DNA of 30,371 nt from a virus (lineage: Duplodnaviria; Caudoviricetes): positions 1-30,371 of IMG/VR virus record IMGVR_UViG_3300024253_000033; one strand, 5' to 3'. This document shows, one piece after another, positions 1 through 8,173 of the stretch. Numbering within the stretch: the first letter of the stretch is position 1; each line of letters starts with the position of its first letter. The translations under genes and the position numbers were made by a program. The notes under the pieces were generated by a model, which saw only the letters and a program-made list of their open reading frames with translations, ran no database searches and had not been told where the DNA came from.

Positions 1-2
1 AA

Positions 3-272
3 AGTGGTGATATGGACGAGTCAAAGTCCTTTGGCGAGTTTTCTTCAATAGAAAAATTCATCGATCCTTCTACTGGTGAGTACAGACGTTTTGGAATAGA
101 AATGCTCTTAAGCCGGAAAAATATTACAAGAAGCATTCGGCATGTCACTCATGAGATTTCTCTCGGAAAAGACTTTCTGTTTCAAGTATTAGGTGAATTG
201 TCATATCACGGTCGAGGATTATGTTATCTCAAACCATTTGCTGTATGGCGAGAAACTGATAGAAACATCTAG
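3..272 (+). CDS. 3' end of an AT-rich hypothetical protein, probably truncated by the window edge, convergent on the integrase
   Basis: Frame is open from position 3 to TAG at 270-272; no recognisable motif. Confidence 0.45.
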   Translation, partial: SGDMDESKSFGEFSSIEKFIDPSTGEYRRFGIEMLLSRKNITRSIRHVTHEISLGKDFLFQVLGELSYHGRGLCYLKPFAVWRETDRNI

Positions 273-321
273 TTCTCATCACTTCATTTTTTGGAAATCC
301 TTCATTGACTTTCAGCGCATT

Positions 322-1686
322 CTATTGTACAAAAACTTCGCCCAGCACCTCCGCCGCCTTCTCGTCCGCTGTCCTAATCGCATGCGAGTAGATATTCGCC
401 GTTGTCGAAGTTTGCGCATGTCCCGCCCTGTAACTCACCGTCTTCAATGGAATCCCCGCCGCGAGCAGCAGCGTAATGTTCGTGTGCCGCAACGAGTGAA
501 TCGAAATCTGCGGTAGATCGGTCCGCGAAATGAAGTCGTGAAACCAACCAGTGATGCTGTCCGGGTGAACCGGTGCGCCATCGTCCTGCGTGAATAGTCG
601 ATCGCAATCAACCCAGCGATCCCCTATCGCAATTCGCTGTTTGCGTTGCAATTTTCGATGCGTTTTCAGCAACTCAAATGCCTGCTCGGGCAGTTTGATT
701 GTGCGCACTGAGGAATCCGTCTTCGTGCCTTTTGTGAAGATTCCCTTCTCAGGCAAATACTGCGATGTCCGGCAAATCGTAATCATATGATTGTCGAAGT
801 CGACGTCCTTCCATTCCAGCCCGCAAAGCTCTCCGCGCCGTACACCGCTTAACAAGAAGAGCCGAATCATAACCTGATTCTGATACGGTTCATTGTCCAG
901 CAGGTGTAGGAGTGTCGCGGTCTGTTCTTCATCAAGGTATTTCGCTTCCTTGCGCTCAAACTTCGGCGGTTTCACTCGGCGTGTAGGGTTGTCAGGAATC
1001 ACCTGCCAGAACACAGCCTGGTTGAGGATCGACGAGATCAGTCGGTGATGGTGGTTGATCGTCTTTCCTGCCAGTTGATGCACGGGTTTTGTTGATTCTA
1101 CGCCCTCCTCGAAGGTAATCCCGAGAATGTCGCAGGCTTCCTGCGCAATGCGAATGTCCACTCCCTGCCCGCGTATGAGGCGGTAAATCGTGTTCACATG
1201 GCACTCCGCTTCATCCGCCAACGCCTGTCGCGTCATGCCGGATTTTTGAAACACAGAAAGCAAGCGGGGTGTCGCTTTGAACGACACCCCGCTTTGATTT
1301 TCCATATTCTGCAGACTGGCGTAGAACGCCATAAGATGATGTGGCTGGAGCTTGTCCAGCCTGATATACCCAATCGCAGGGAGGATGCGCCGGAGCAACT
1401 CCTCATATCGAACAAGCGTCTTCGGCGCAAGGTTCGGCACGGCGTAGTCGTGTCTCCATCGCTCCACGAACTCTGCAAACGTCACATGCCCATCCAGCAC
1501 CTGACCCGTGCGCACTCTGCGCTCGAACAGCACCGCTTGTGTGTTCAGTTCTTCCTTGATCTGCCGCTTTGTCATGCCGGGATCGGGTCTCCATGTCATG
1601 GTTTTGCGTTTTTGCCGCCCATTGAGGCCGTACCCCTCGCTGACCATGATCATGTAGCCACCGTTTCGTTCCAATATGGTTGCCAT
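322..1686 (-). CDS. int: Tyrosine recombinase/integrase with an internal XRE-like HTH insertion
   Basis: Catalytic set intact: GVRRGE (R), KT, HSLRH, AGH, NIY; N-terminal arm-binding-like region; RBS GGGAGG. Confidence 0.95.
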   Translation of the reverse strand: MATILERNGGYMIMVSEGYGLNGRQKRKTMTWRPDPGMTKRQIKEELNTQAVLFERRVRTGQVLDGHVTFAEFVERWRHDYAVPNLAPKTLVRYEELLRRILPAIGYIRLDKLQPHHLMAFYASLQNMENQSGVSFKATPRLLSVFQKSGMTRQALADEAECHVNTIYRLIRGQGVDIRIAQEACDILGITFEEGVESTKPVHQLAGKTINHHHRLISSILNQAVFWQVIPDNPTRRVKPPKFERKEAKYLDEEQTATLLHLLDNEPYQNQVMIRLFLLSGVRRGELCGLEWKDVDFDNHMITICRTSQYLPEKGIFTKGTKTDSSVRTIKLPEQAFELLKTHRKLQRKQRIAIGDRWVDCDRLFTQDDGAPVHPDSITGWFHDFISRTDLPQISIHSLRHTNITLLLAAGIPLKTVSYRAGHAQTSTTANIYSHAIRTADEKAAEVLGEVFVQ

Positions 1687-1706
1687 TTTGCATCCTCCCT
1701 TCCAAG

Positions 1707-1745
1707 GTAGTCTGTATGTTCGCTCTAGTTGAACCGACTATCAAG
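1707..1745 (-). promoter_or_regulatory. Promoter-like motif copy 1, upstream of int
   Basis: CTTGATAGTCG-N8-AGAGCGAACATACAGACTAC aligns without gaps to the copies at 20709-20747 and 22387-22425. Confidence 0.6.
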
Positions 1746-1774
1746 TCTTATCTTTGATGTTTACCGAAGAAATA

Positions 1775-1999
1775 TCAGGCATTGCCCTGAGCACCTTTTC
1801 TCAGGTGCTCAATGAGCAAATCAACGTCGACCAGATACTTCTTGCCGCACTTCATTCGAGGTACCACACCCGAAACGATCAGGCAGCGCACATAGTTGGC
1901 GGAGATTGCGGTCTGTGGATCCGCTTCGTTAATATATGCGTACGCCTCCGTCAACGTTCTCATGCGCGGCAAACGGAGAACCGCACCATGTTCCTCCAT
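1775..1999 (-). CDS. Excisionase-like small DNA-binding protein
   Basis: 74 aa, basic, xis-like pattern (MRTLTEAY...VRCLIVSGVVPRMKCGKKYLVD), directly upstream of int. Confidence 0.75.
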   Translation of the reverse strand: MEEHGAVLRLPRMRTLTEAYAYINEADPQTAISANYVRCLIVSGVVPRMKCGKKYLVDVDLLIEHLRKGAQGNA

Positions 2000-2002
2000 G
2001 GG

Positions 2003-2488
2003 CTAGTCCTCCTTCATTTTGCCGATCAGTTGTTCTGCCGTACCTGTAATTAGCGCGGAGATATCGACCTGCGCTGCAGTCAGCACGGCCATCGCAGAAG
2101 CGGAGAGCTTCGCGGTGGTCTTCTCGTAGAGCAGTTGACCAAGTTGTGCGATCTCTTCCTTGGTCAATTTTCCATCTTTGTGCGCGGCCTTCATTCCATC
2201 CGCAACCGTTTGCTTCAACTCGCCGACCGTGATCTGTGCTAGCTTGATGAGCTCCTGCTGCGCATGGTTCACGGTATCAAGTTGCGTTGCTTTACCAAGT
2301 TTCGCGGTCAGCCACGCGCCAAACACACCGATCAGGGCAATAAAAAATGCCGCTGCAATATTCACGGCATTCTCGATCAGGATATCGGCGACGGTGACGT
2401 CTACGCTCCCACCAGTGTCCGCCAGCGCGACGGCGGGTAGCGCGAGCATCAAAAGTGCGATCAGGGTCAGAATCAGTTTCTTTTTCAT
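2003..2488 (-). CDS. Holin-like membrane protein
   Basis: Signal-like N-terminus, one TM segment, helical C-terminus; located in the lysis module. Confidence 0.6.
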   Translation of the reverse strand: MKKKLILTLIALLMLALPAVALADTGGSVDVTVADILIENAVNIAAAFFIALIGVFGAWLTAKLGKATQLDTVNHAQQELIKLAQITVGELKQTVADGMKAAHKDGKLTKEEIAQLGQLLYEKTTAKLSASAMAVLTAAQVDISALITGTAEQLIGKMKED

Positions 2489-2499
2489 TTTAGTTCCTC

Positions 2500-2802
2500 C
2501 TAGATTGATGTAGCCTGCTCCGAAGCAAGCTCATGGACAAAATCGTCATATTCTTCTTGGGCGGTCTTCGCCTTCTCCCGCGCGGTTTTCATCTCGCCGT
2601 TTGTTTCACCTCGCTCCACAGCAGTCGCGGTGGCCAACGATAGTGACAAACTCGCGTCCTGCATCTTCATGGCGAGTTTCGATTCCTTTGCGCGAATTGC
2701 TGCTCTCTTTTCTGCTTGTTTCCGGTCACGCGTCATGCGCACTTCCAGCCAAACGACTAATAGCGCGAACACGCCCGATATGATCTCTCCGATATAATCC
2801 AA
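2500..2802 (-). CDS. Small holin-like membrane protein (TTG start)
   Basis: N-terminal TM (IISGVFALLVVWL), coiled C-terminus with NGE motif; adjacent to the endolysin. Confidence 0.6.
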   Translation of the reverse strand: MDYIGEIISGVFALLVVWLEVRMTRDRKQAEKRAAIRAKESKLAMKMQDASLSLSLATATAVERGETNGEMKTAREKAKTAQEEYDDFVHELASEQATSI

Positions 2803-2818
2803 CTCCGTTCCCCCATTT

Positions 2819-3571
2819 CTATTGATTCAAGAGCTTGCAACGGCCACACTTATGCCAGTAACCGCTGCCTCCCTGATTGATTCCCTCCACAACGACACCA
2901 ACGTCGCGGCCTTTCGCATGGATGACCATGCCTCGTCCTAGATAAAGTCCAACGTGTGTTTCATCCTCGGCGTTCGTGGTGCTGTTGCGAAACAGAAAGT
3001 CACCAGCGATCAGTTCGTTGCGCCCGATAGCAGTGCACAAAGCCCAAAGCCCATCGCAATTCTTGCGATCGTCCCAAATACCTGTCTCGCGCATGAGCCA
3101 AGAAAGAAAGCCGGAACAGTCATGCGCCATGAGATCGGCGAACCCCGCTTTGTACTGGCTCTCGCGGAAGGCGATCGCGCGCGCGAACTCTTCGTCCATT
3201 GCCTGAATCTTCGCGTCAGAGAGGTCGGTTAAAGCTGACGCGCCCCAAACATATAGATCTCCGATGCGCGTCAGCGCCAACGCACAGATCGCCTTTGCCT
3301 TGACCGATACCGTGCCTTTCTCAACCGGTTCCGTCTCCGTAATTGTGCCGTCAATAAGTGCCGCCCACGTTTCCTTACCGATCACTCCATCGACGGTCAG
3401 CGCGGCTTGCGCCTGAAACCGCTTCACAGCCTCCAGCGTATCCGCACCGAACGATTTCTTGGTAACCGTTGTAATGTGGTCGCCATAGAACCCAAGCTCC
3501 AAGAGCTTTTGCTTACAAAAAAGCACGTCCTCGCCGGACGTGCCTTTCTTCAAATTTCGCGAGAATTCCAT
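2819..3571 (-). CDS. Endolysin: peptidoglycan-binding domain + NlpC/P60 peptidase
   Basis: LKKGTSGEDV...AVKRFQ...LTVDGVIGKETW (PG-binding); YVWGA, DCSG, HVGLY, IHA (Cys-His-His NlpC/P60). Confidence 0.9.
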   Translation of the reverse strand: MEFSRNLKKGTSGEDVLFCKQKLLELGFYGDHITTVTKKSFGADTLEAVKRFQAQAALTVDGVIGKETWAALIDGTITETEPVEKGTVSVKAKAICALALTRIGDLYVWGASALTDLSDAKIQAMDEEFARAIAFRESQYKAGFADLMAHDCSGFLSWLMRETGIWDDRKNCDGLWALCTAIGRNELIAGDFLFRNSTTNAEDETHVGLYLGRGMVIHAKGRDVGVVVEGINQGGSGYWHKCGRCKLLNQ

Positions 3572-3615
3572 CCGTTTTCTCCATTTCCAAATAATTAAAT
3601 TTCACGATTTCTTCA

Positions 3616-3644
3616 TGGTATTTCCTTGAAAAATCTGCTATGAT
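3616..3644 (+). promoter_or_regulatory. Putative sigma-A promoter with extended -10 for the candidate sRNA
   Basis: TGcTATGAT at 3636-3644; weak -35 TGGTAT at 17 bp spacing; AT-rich upstream. Confidence 0.55.
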
Positions 3645-3649
3645 GCAGG

Positions 3650-3801
3650 TACATCAAAGCTTGCATGGTATACACAACCTACCTACCCGGGTATGTCCCA
3701 ATCCCTAACAAGATTTACCATGCAAATTAGAAAGGCACTCTTCCCCCCGGCTGAGTGCCTTTCGCTATTTGGGGCACACTGAAAGGTGTGCTCTGTTTTT
3801 T
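3650..3801 (+). ncRNA. Candidate ~150-nt structured small RNA with C-rich loops
   Basis: Stem 3661-3670/3716-3725 (10 bp perfect), stem 3730-3740/3753-3763 (11 bp perfect), terminator hairpin with GAAA loop and T-tract; upstream promoter; no ORF with an RBS. Confidence 0.6.
3771..3801 (+). terminator. Intrinsic terminator
   Basis: GGGGCACACT-GAAA-GGTGTGCTCT-GTTTTTT; its three G-U pairs form only on the + strand. Confidence 0.75.
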
Positions 3802-3805
3802 AGCT

Positions 3806-5884
3806 CTATGCCGTTCTCTTCCAGAAGTAGCATGTAATGTAGGGCTGCAGGTTGTTGTGAGCCGTACCGCTACCGTTACTACCAACCGAACCGGAAACGG
3901 ATCCTGTATGGTCATGCGAGCCACCGGATCCTGTTGTCTGTCCGCTAGAGCTACCACCATTGGTCATATAGTAATAAGTAGAGCCAGAACCACTGCCGAC
4001 CTTATACGATCCCGAAGATGCCTGATGGGTATGAGCACCATTGGCGTTCACCGTTACCGATCCACTGAATGAGTGGTTGTGCGATGGCATTTCCGCTGCG
4101 GATAACGCTTGCGTGCTCGCTCCCCCGGTTTTCTCAACGGTGTTGAAGTTCGTGTCAGCCGTATTCACGCCGACCGGTACGCGTCCTGTTCCCCAGCGCA
4201 CCCATGTTCCTCCAAGGAAGGCGCTCTCGTCCGCGGCGGATACCGTCATGCGGATACCCCCCACCGGGAAGACAAGGTTCGCCAGCCACAGAACGCTTGA
4301 AAAGGTTACAGCATCATCAAACTGCACATTCTCACGAAACCGTGCCGACCAGCCAACATCAAAGCTATCCTCCTCGGCGACCTTACCCACAGCTAATCCC
4401 ATGCCCGTGCTGCGCACGGAAAGGATTACTTCCGCCGTACTCAGATCGATATACCCATACGCTTCGCCGAAGTAGTCACCGAGGGTAACGCGAATGTCGT
4501 AGGTATACTGGTTCGACAGGCTACCGCCGATTCGGTATGAACCGTTAATGGTATAAGCAGAAAGAGCGATCGTCGTATCTGTGTAGTAGCTTTCGCTCTT
4601 GCGTTTATACCCAATCTTGAGTACGCGAGTGTTCTTGCTGTTAACGGCTGAGATCGCGCCGGAAACCGCAACCATGACGTATGCTCCTGTGTTACTGGCA
4701 TTACCAGCAGCGTCGCACCGAAAGACCGCAACGGACTGCACGGACGGCGCGTCATATGCCACGACTTCGAACGTTCCTGTCAGAACAGTAGTTCGTCCCC
4801 GACTGTCCGTGATCATTGCGCGGATCGTGTTCGTTCCAGCGGTGGTCAGTTCATTCGTCGAGAAGGAGTTGCCCGAATACGTCGCGCCGTTTACCGTGGT
4901 CGAGATCGAAGAGATCGATGAGCCGTATGCACCGGAAGCGGATATGCTGACGCTCAATTTGCTCTTTCGCTGAACAAAGCAACCAAATTGTGTTGCTAAC
5001 TCTTCCTCCGCCTCGGAGAACCAGATCGATCCTGTTGGCACAACAGAAGCTGGAATCGCGGCATTAATGCTGACCAGCGTTGTGCCAAGAAGTACCCCGT
5101 TGGAGTAGGTATCGCAATACAATGTTCCGGCGACGCTCGTCGCGTTCGGTGCGGCGTTTGCTTCGTCAAGCGACGGGGTCCAAGAAATGCTTGTTGCGGC
5201 GGTCTGCGTCGCAATCGTCGTCTCCGCGCGAGAACCAAACTTCGCCCGCAGGGTATGTAGAAACGCGCTTGACGCTGGCGTTAGCGTAATCGTTGCCGCG
5301 CTGCCAAGCGTCACGCTCGGTACGCTCGGAGTAGTGACTCGTGGAATCGCCGGTAAAGTGATGCTCAGCGATCCGCTGACCGAACCGATCGCCGACGAAT
5401 ACGTACAGTTCGCGACGAATGAAATCGTTGTCTGCCTTGTCCCATCCGAGTTGTGGGTGACCGTACATTCGCCATATGCTTCGCTCTCTGTGCTCGCGTT
5501 ATCGGTCAGGATCATGAGGTACTGATAGCCCAGCGCTGTGTCATATGGTTCCTGATACTGCGTGATGTATTCGTCACGGTAAGGAATGCACGAGATCGCG
5601 AAACCTCTGCCCGTGCGATTGTAGACCACGCTTCCGTCAACCGATACGCTCATTGCGCCGCGTGAATTCGAATCGATGTTATTGCAGTAAACGTCAAACT
5701 GCGAGGTGTTGCCGGATGTCGCCAGAAACACATAGAACCGGATGGTTGAAGCGTTGCTGGCGGCTGACTGCGAAATGATCTTATACTCCAGCCAGCAAGA
5801 AATCTTACTTGCCGCGGTTCCAGAAAGAGAACCGTTGACGATCGTGTATCCGTCGTGAATCGACTCATACGGCCAATTTGCCAT
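3806..5884 (-). CDS. Tail fibre / receptor-binding minor structural protein (DUF859-like body, collar and His-motif tip)
   Basis: Ser/Thr-rich beta protein; C-terminal FPVG...GGTW...GRVPVG...EKTGG...MPSHNH...HTH...HDH...HNNLQPYITCYFWKRTA. Confidence 0.85.
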   Translation of the reverse strand: MANWPYESIHDGYTIVNGSLSGTAASKISCWLEYKIISQSAASNASTIRFYVFLATSGNTSQFDVYCNNIDSNSRGAMSVSVDGSVVYNRTGRGFAISCIPYRDEYITQYQEPYDTALGYQYLMILTDNASTESEAYGECTVTHNSDGTRQTTISFVANCTYSSAIGSVSGSLSITLPAIPRVTTPSVPSVTLGSAATITLTPASSAFLHTLRAKFGSRAETTIATQTAATSISWTPSLDEANAAPNATSVAGTLYCDTYSNGVLLGTTLVSINAAIPASVVPTGSIWFSEAEEELATQFGCFVQRKSKLSVSISASGAYGSSISSISTTVNGATYSGNSFSTNELTTAGTNTIRAMITDSRGRTTVLTGTFEVVAYDAPSVQSVAVFRCDAAGNASNTGAYVMVAVSGAISAVNSKNTRVLKIGYKRKSESYYTDTTIALSAYTINGSYRIGGSLSNQYTYDIRVTLGDYFGEAYGYIDLSTAEVILSVRSTGMGLAVGKVAEEDSFDVGWSARFRENVQFDDAVTFSSVLWLANLVFPVGGIRMTVSAADESAFLGGTWVRWGTGRVPVGVNTADTNFNTVEKTGGASTQALSAAEMPSHNHSFSGSVTVNANGAHTHQASSGSYKVGSGSGSTYYYMTNGGSSSGQTTGSGGSHDHTGSVSGSVGSNGSGTAHNNLQPYITCYFWKRTA

Positions 5885-5888
5885 ATCC

Positions 5889-7532
5889 TTACCCCGCGAT
5901 CTTTTTGAAATTCAAATTGCCGCTCTCGGGCACCCACGCGAAACTCCCAATCCGCAGCGACGATAGTACCTGTACATCGTTGACGTCCAACTTGCCGGAC
6001 GAAAAGTAGGCGATTGCGCTGTCGGTTGTCACGCTGTCCTCACTGCCGGAAAAGAAATACAGGATGTCGTTCTCCAGCTTGAGCTTGATCGCGGACGTGC
6101 TCTTTCCGATCACAATGCCCGACGAAATCAATCGGATGAAGCTACGAACTGTCTCAAACTGCTGCGAGGTTTCACCATTTAGCGTCGAGATGCGGCTTGC
6201 CGTCTCCGTGAAGTTCGCCTCGATCGTTCCCGCCATGATCGAAAACGACGTTTGAATCGAACTCTGCAACGCGACAAAATCCTGTGTTCGGACATAATCC
6301 TCCAGCGCGGTCAAGATAATCTGCTGCGAGGACTGTAAGATCGATGTATTCTGGGTGATTTGTTCCTGCACGATTTCTTTGATTTCGCCGTGCGTCGTAT
6401 AGTCCGCTTCGATCGACTCGATGCGGTTCTTGACTGACGAGTTCTGCCTGATTTCTTCGCCGATCAGAGACGGGCGCGAATCCCCTAGCACAATCCCAGT
6501 GCTGGCCGGGTTATTCAGCGGTATGGTCAGTTCGGACAGAATATACGTCTCTTCCGAACAGAGCGTGCCGCAGGAAACGACCACCTTATCTAAGAAGTGA
6601 AATGACTCGACGTTCGCGTCCGCGTTGTGTAGATCGACCGCCGAGAGCTTGATTGTCTGCTTGAATCGCACGCCGGTTCCGTTCAGCCAATCGTGACCCC
6701 GGTTCATGAGAATCGTCGCATCGGTGACCTCGTCCCACGTGGTCAGGCCAGACGGTGCAAAGATCACCCCCTACTCGGCCGCCAGCGCCGTATCGATTAG
6801 GTAATCCTGCCCCTCGTTCACGTTCGCGATCGTGAGTCGCGCGTCGCTTTCCGATTCCGGGTCGATATCCCGCAGCGCCGCGCCGAGCGGGATGCAAGCG
6901 GTATAGGTTTCAGAAGCATTCTTGGTCAATTCGAGGTCGATCAGGTTCTCACCGAATTCTATCTGTTGCGTCGATTTATCAGGCACATCGGTGAGGTAGT
7001 CCAGAATCGGATTCTCGTTCTCGTCGAATCGAACGATCAGGTAGCCACCGAGTGAGTCTAGTAGACAGGTCTTCATCACCTGCCATGCGGAAAGGTAATC
7101 CTTCGTCGCTATGTTCACCGCGCCTGTAATATCGCAGCTCGCTATCCAAACCCGCTGATTCGGATTAACTTCTGCGTTGTGCTGGGCCAGGATATATTCC
7201 CAGATATCAACCGCAGTACCATCCATGGTAAATGGTCGAAGGATACTATCCAACAAAAATGCCAGCACGCCTTCTGCAACCACCTTGCGGTTTTCATAGA
7301 GATCTCTCTCATCTTCTATTGCTCGCCCGACCCAGATCAGCGTGTCATCCCGATAGACTTTGATCCGGCTCTTGAGTTTTTCCAGTATTCCATAGTTCGG
7401 ATGCTCTTTCGGGATCGTGAACGTTAGCTCGCCTGGTTCGTTCTTCTTCTGCGTCAACTCCGGTTCGAACACAAAGAAATCCGGCAGGCGTGGATCGTAA
7501 AGCACATAGGAATCGCAGAGGATACGGTACAT
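5889..7532 (-). pseudogene. Phage tail endopeptidase-like/Tal-position protein interrupted by an in-frame TAG at 6771-6773
   Basis: ORFs 6771-7532 and 5889-6767 share a frame (..GCC GAG TAG GGG GTG ATC..); no properly spaced RBS for the second half; IEFGENL motif; lies downstream of Dit. Confidence 0.7.
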
Positions 7533-8173
7533 TAGAGTGCTCCTCTCCGGTAGGTGAACGTGATTCGCCCCGCCCCTGTTATCCCAATCTCCGTGTCGCC
7601 CTCCATGAGCACCAACGACGGAACGATGTGCGTTCCCGTGGCAAGATTGACGGTGTATTCCTTCATGTTCAACGTATACGTGAGCGTCATTTCAGCGGAA
7701 ACGGTGATCGTCGGCACGACAGACATTCGCGCGTTCGTCAGCGTCACTGTTGCGTTGCCCGTAGGAAGAACCGTAATCGTCGTTTCAAAATGCTCCATCT
7801 TATACGGCTTCGCGCGGCATTCCAGCGACAGCTCGCAATATCCCGCATGACGCTCGACATCCTCCACCGTGATCCGCGCGTCGTAATAGAAGGTTGGGTC
7901 GCGATCGAAGATCATGTTCATGCGCCGTCCATGCACATCCGCCGCGAACGCAGAAATCAGTGCGTCGAAAGGCGCACGTACGTACAGTGTCAGAGGGATG
8001 ATCCGGTCGGCGTACCGCATCGTGCCGAGTGCTTCTGAAAGATCGAGCGCGCCGTCGCGCCCGGGGACCTCAACGAAGTTCGTCTGCGGTTCCGGCAAGG
8101 GGATGGCGTAGGGAGCGACGATCAGGCCATAGTCCGCATGCGCCCATTTGGTTCCGAATCGAATATCGCTCAC
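7532..8173 (-). CDS. Distal tail (Dit-like) protein
   Basis: Follows the tape measure; VEVPGRDGALDLS motif; start overlaps the upstream stop. Confidence 0.8.
   Translation of the reverse strand: MSDIRFGTKWAHADYGLIVAPYAIPLPEPQTNFVEVPGRDGALDLSEALGTMRYADRIIPLTLYVRAPFDALISAFAADVHGRRMNMIFDRDPTFYYDARITVEDVERHAGYCELSLECRAKPYKMEHFETTITVLPTGNATVTLTNARMSVVPTITVSAEMTLTYTLNMKEYTVNLATGTHIVPSLVLMEGDTEIGITGAGRITFTYRRGAL

Noticed and set aside
273-321. att core next to the integrase
   Set aside because: No tRNA fragment and no convincing direct-repeat partner found by eye elsewhere in the window
3665-3730. 21-aa ORF MVYTTYLPGYVPIPNKIYHAN within the candidate sRNA (leader peptide or type I toxin)
   Set aside because: No RBS, the start codon is buried in stem 1, it is not a hydrophobic TM peptide, and no downstream + strand gene exists to attenuate; not fully excluded
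3572-5884. Diversity-generating retroelement or shufflon acting on the tail fibre
   Set aside because: No reverse transcriptase, invertase or duplicated copy of the fibre tip was seen in the window
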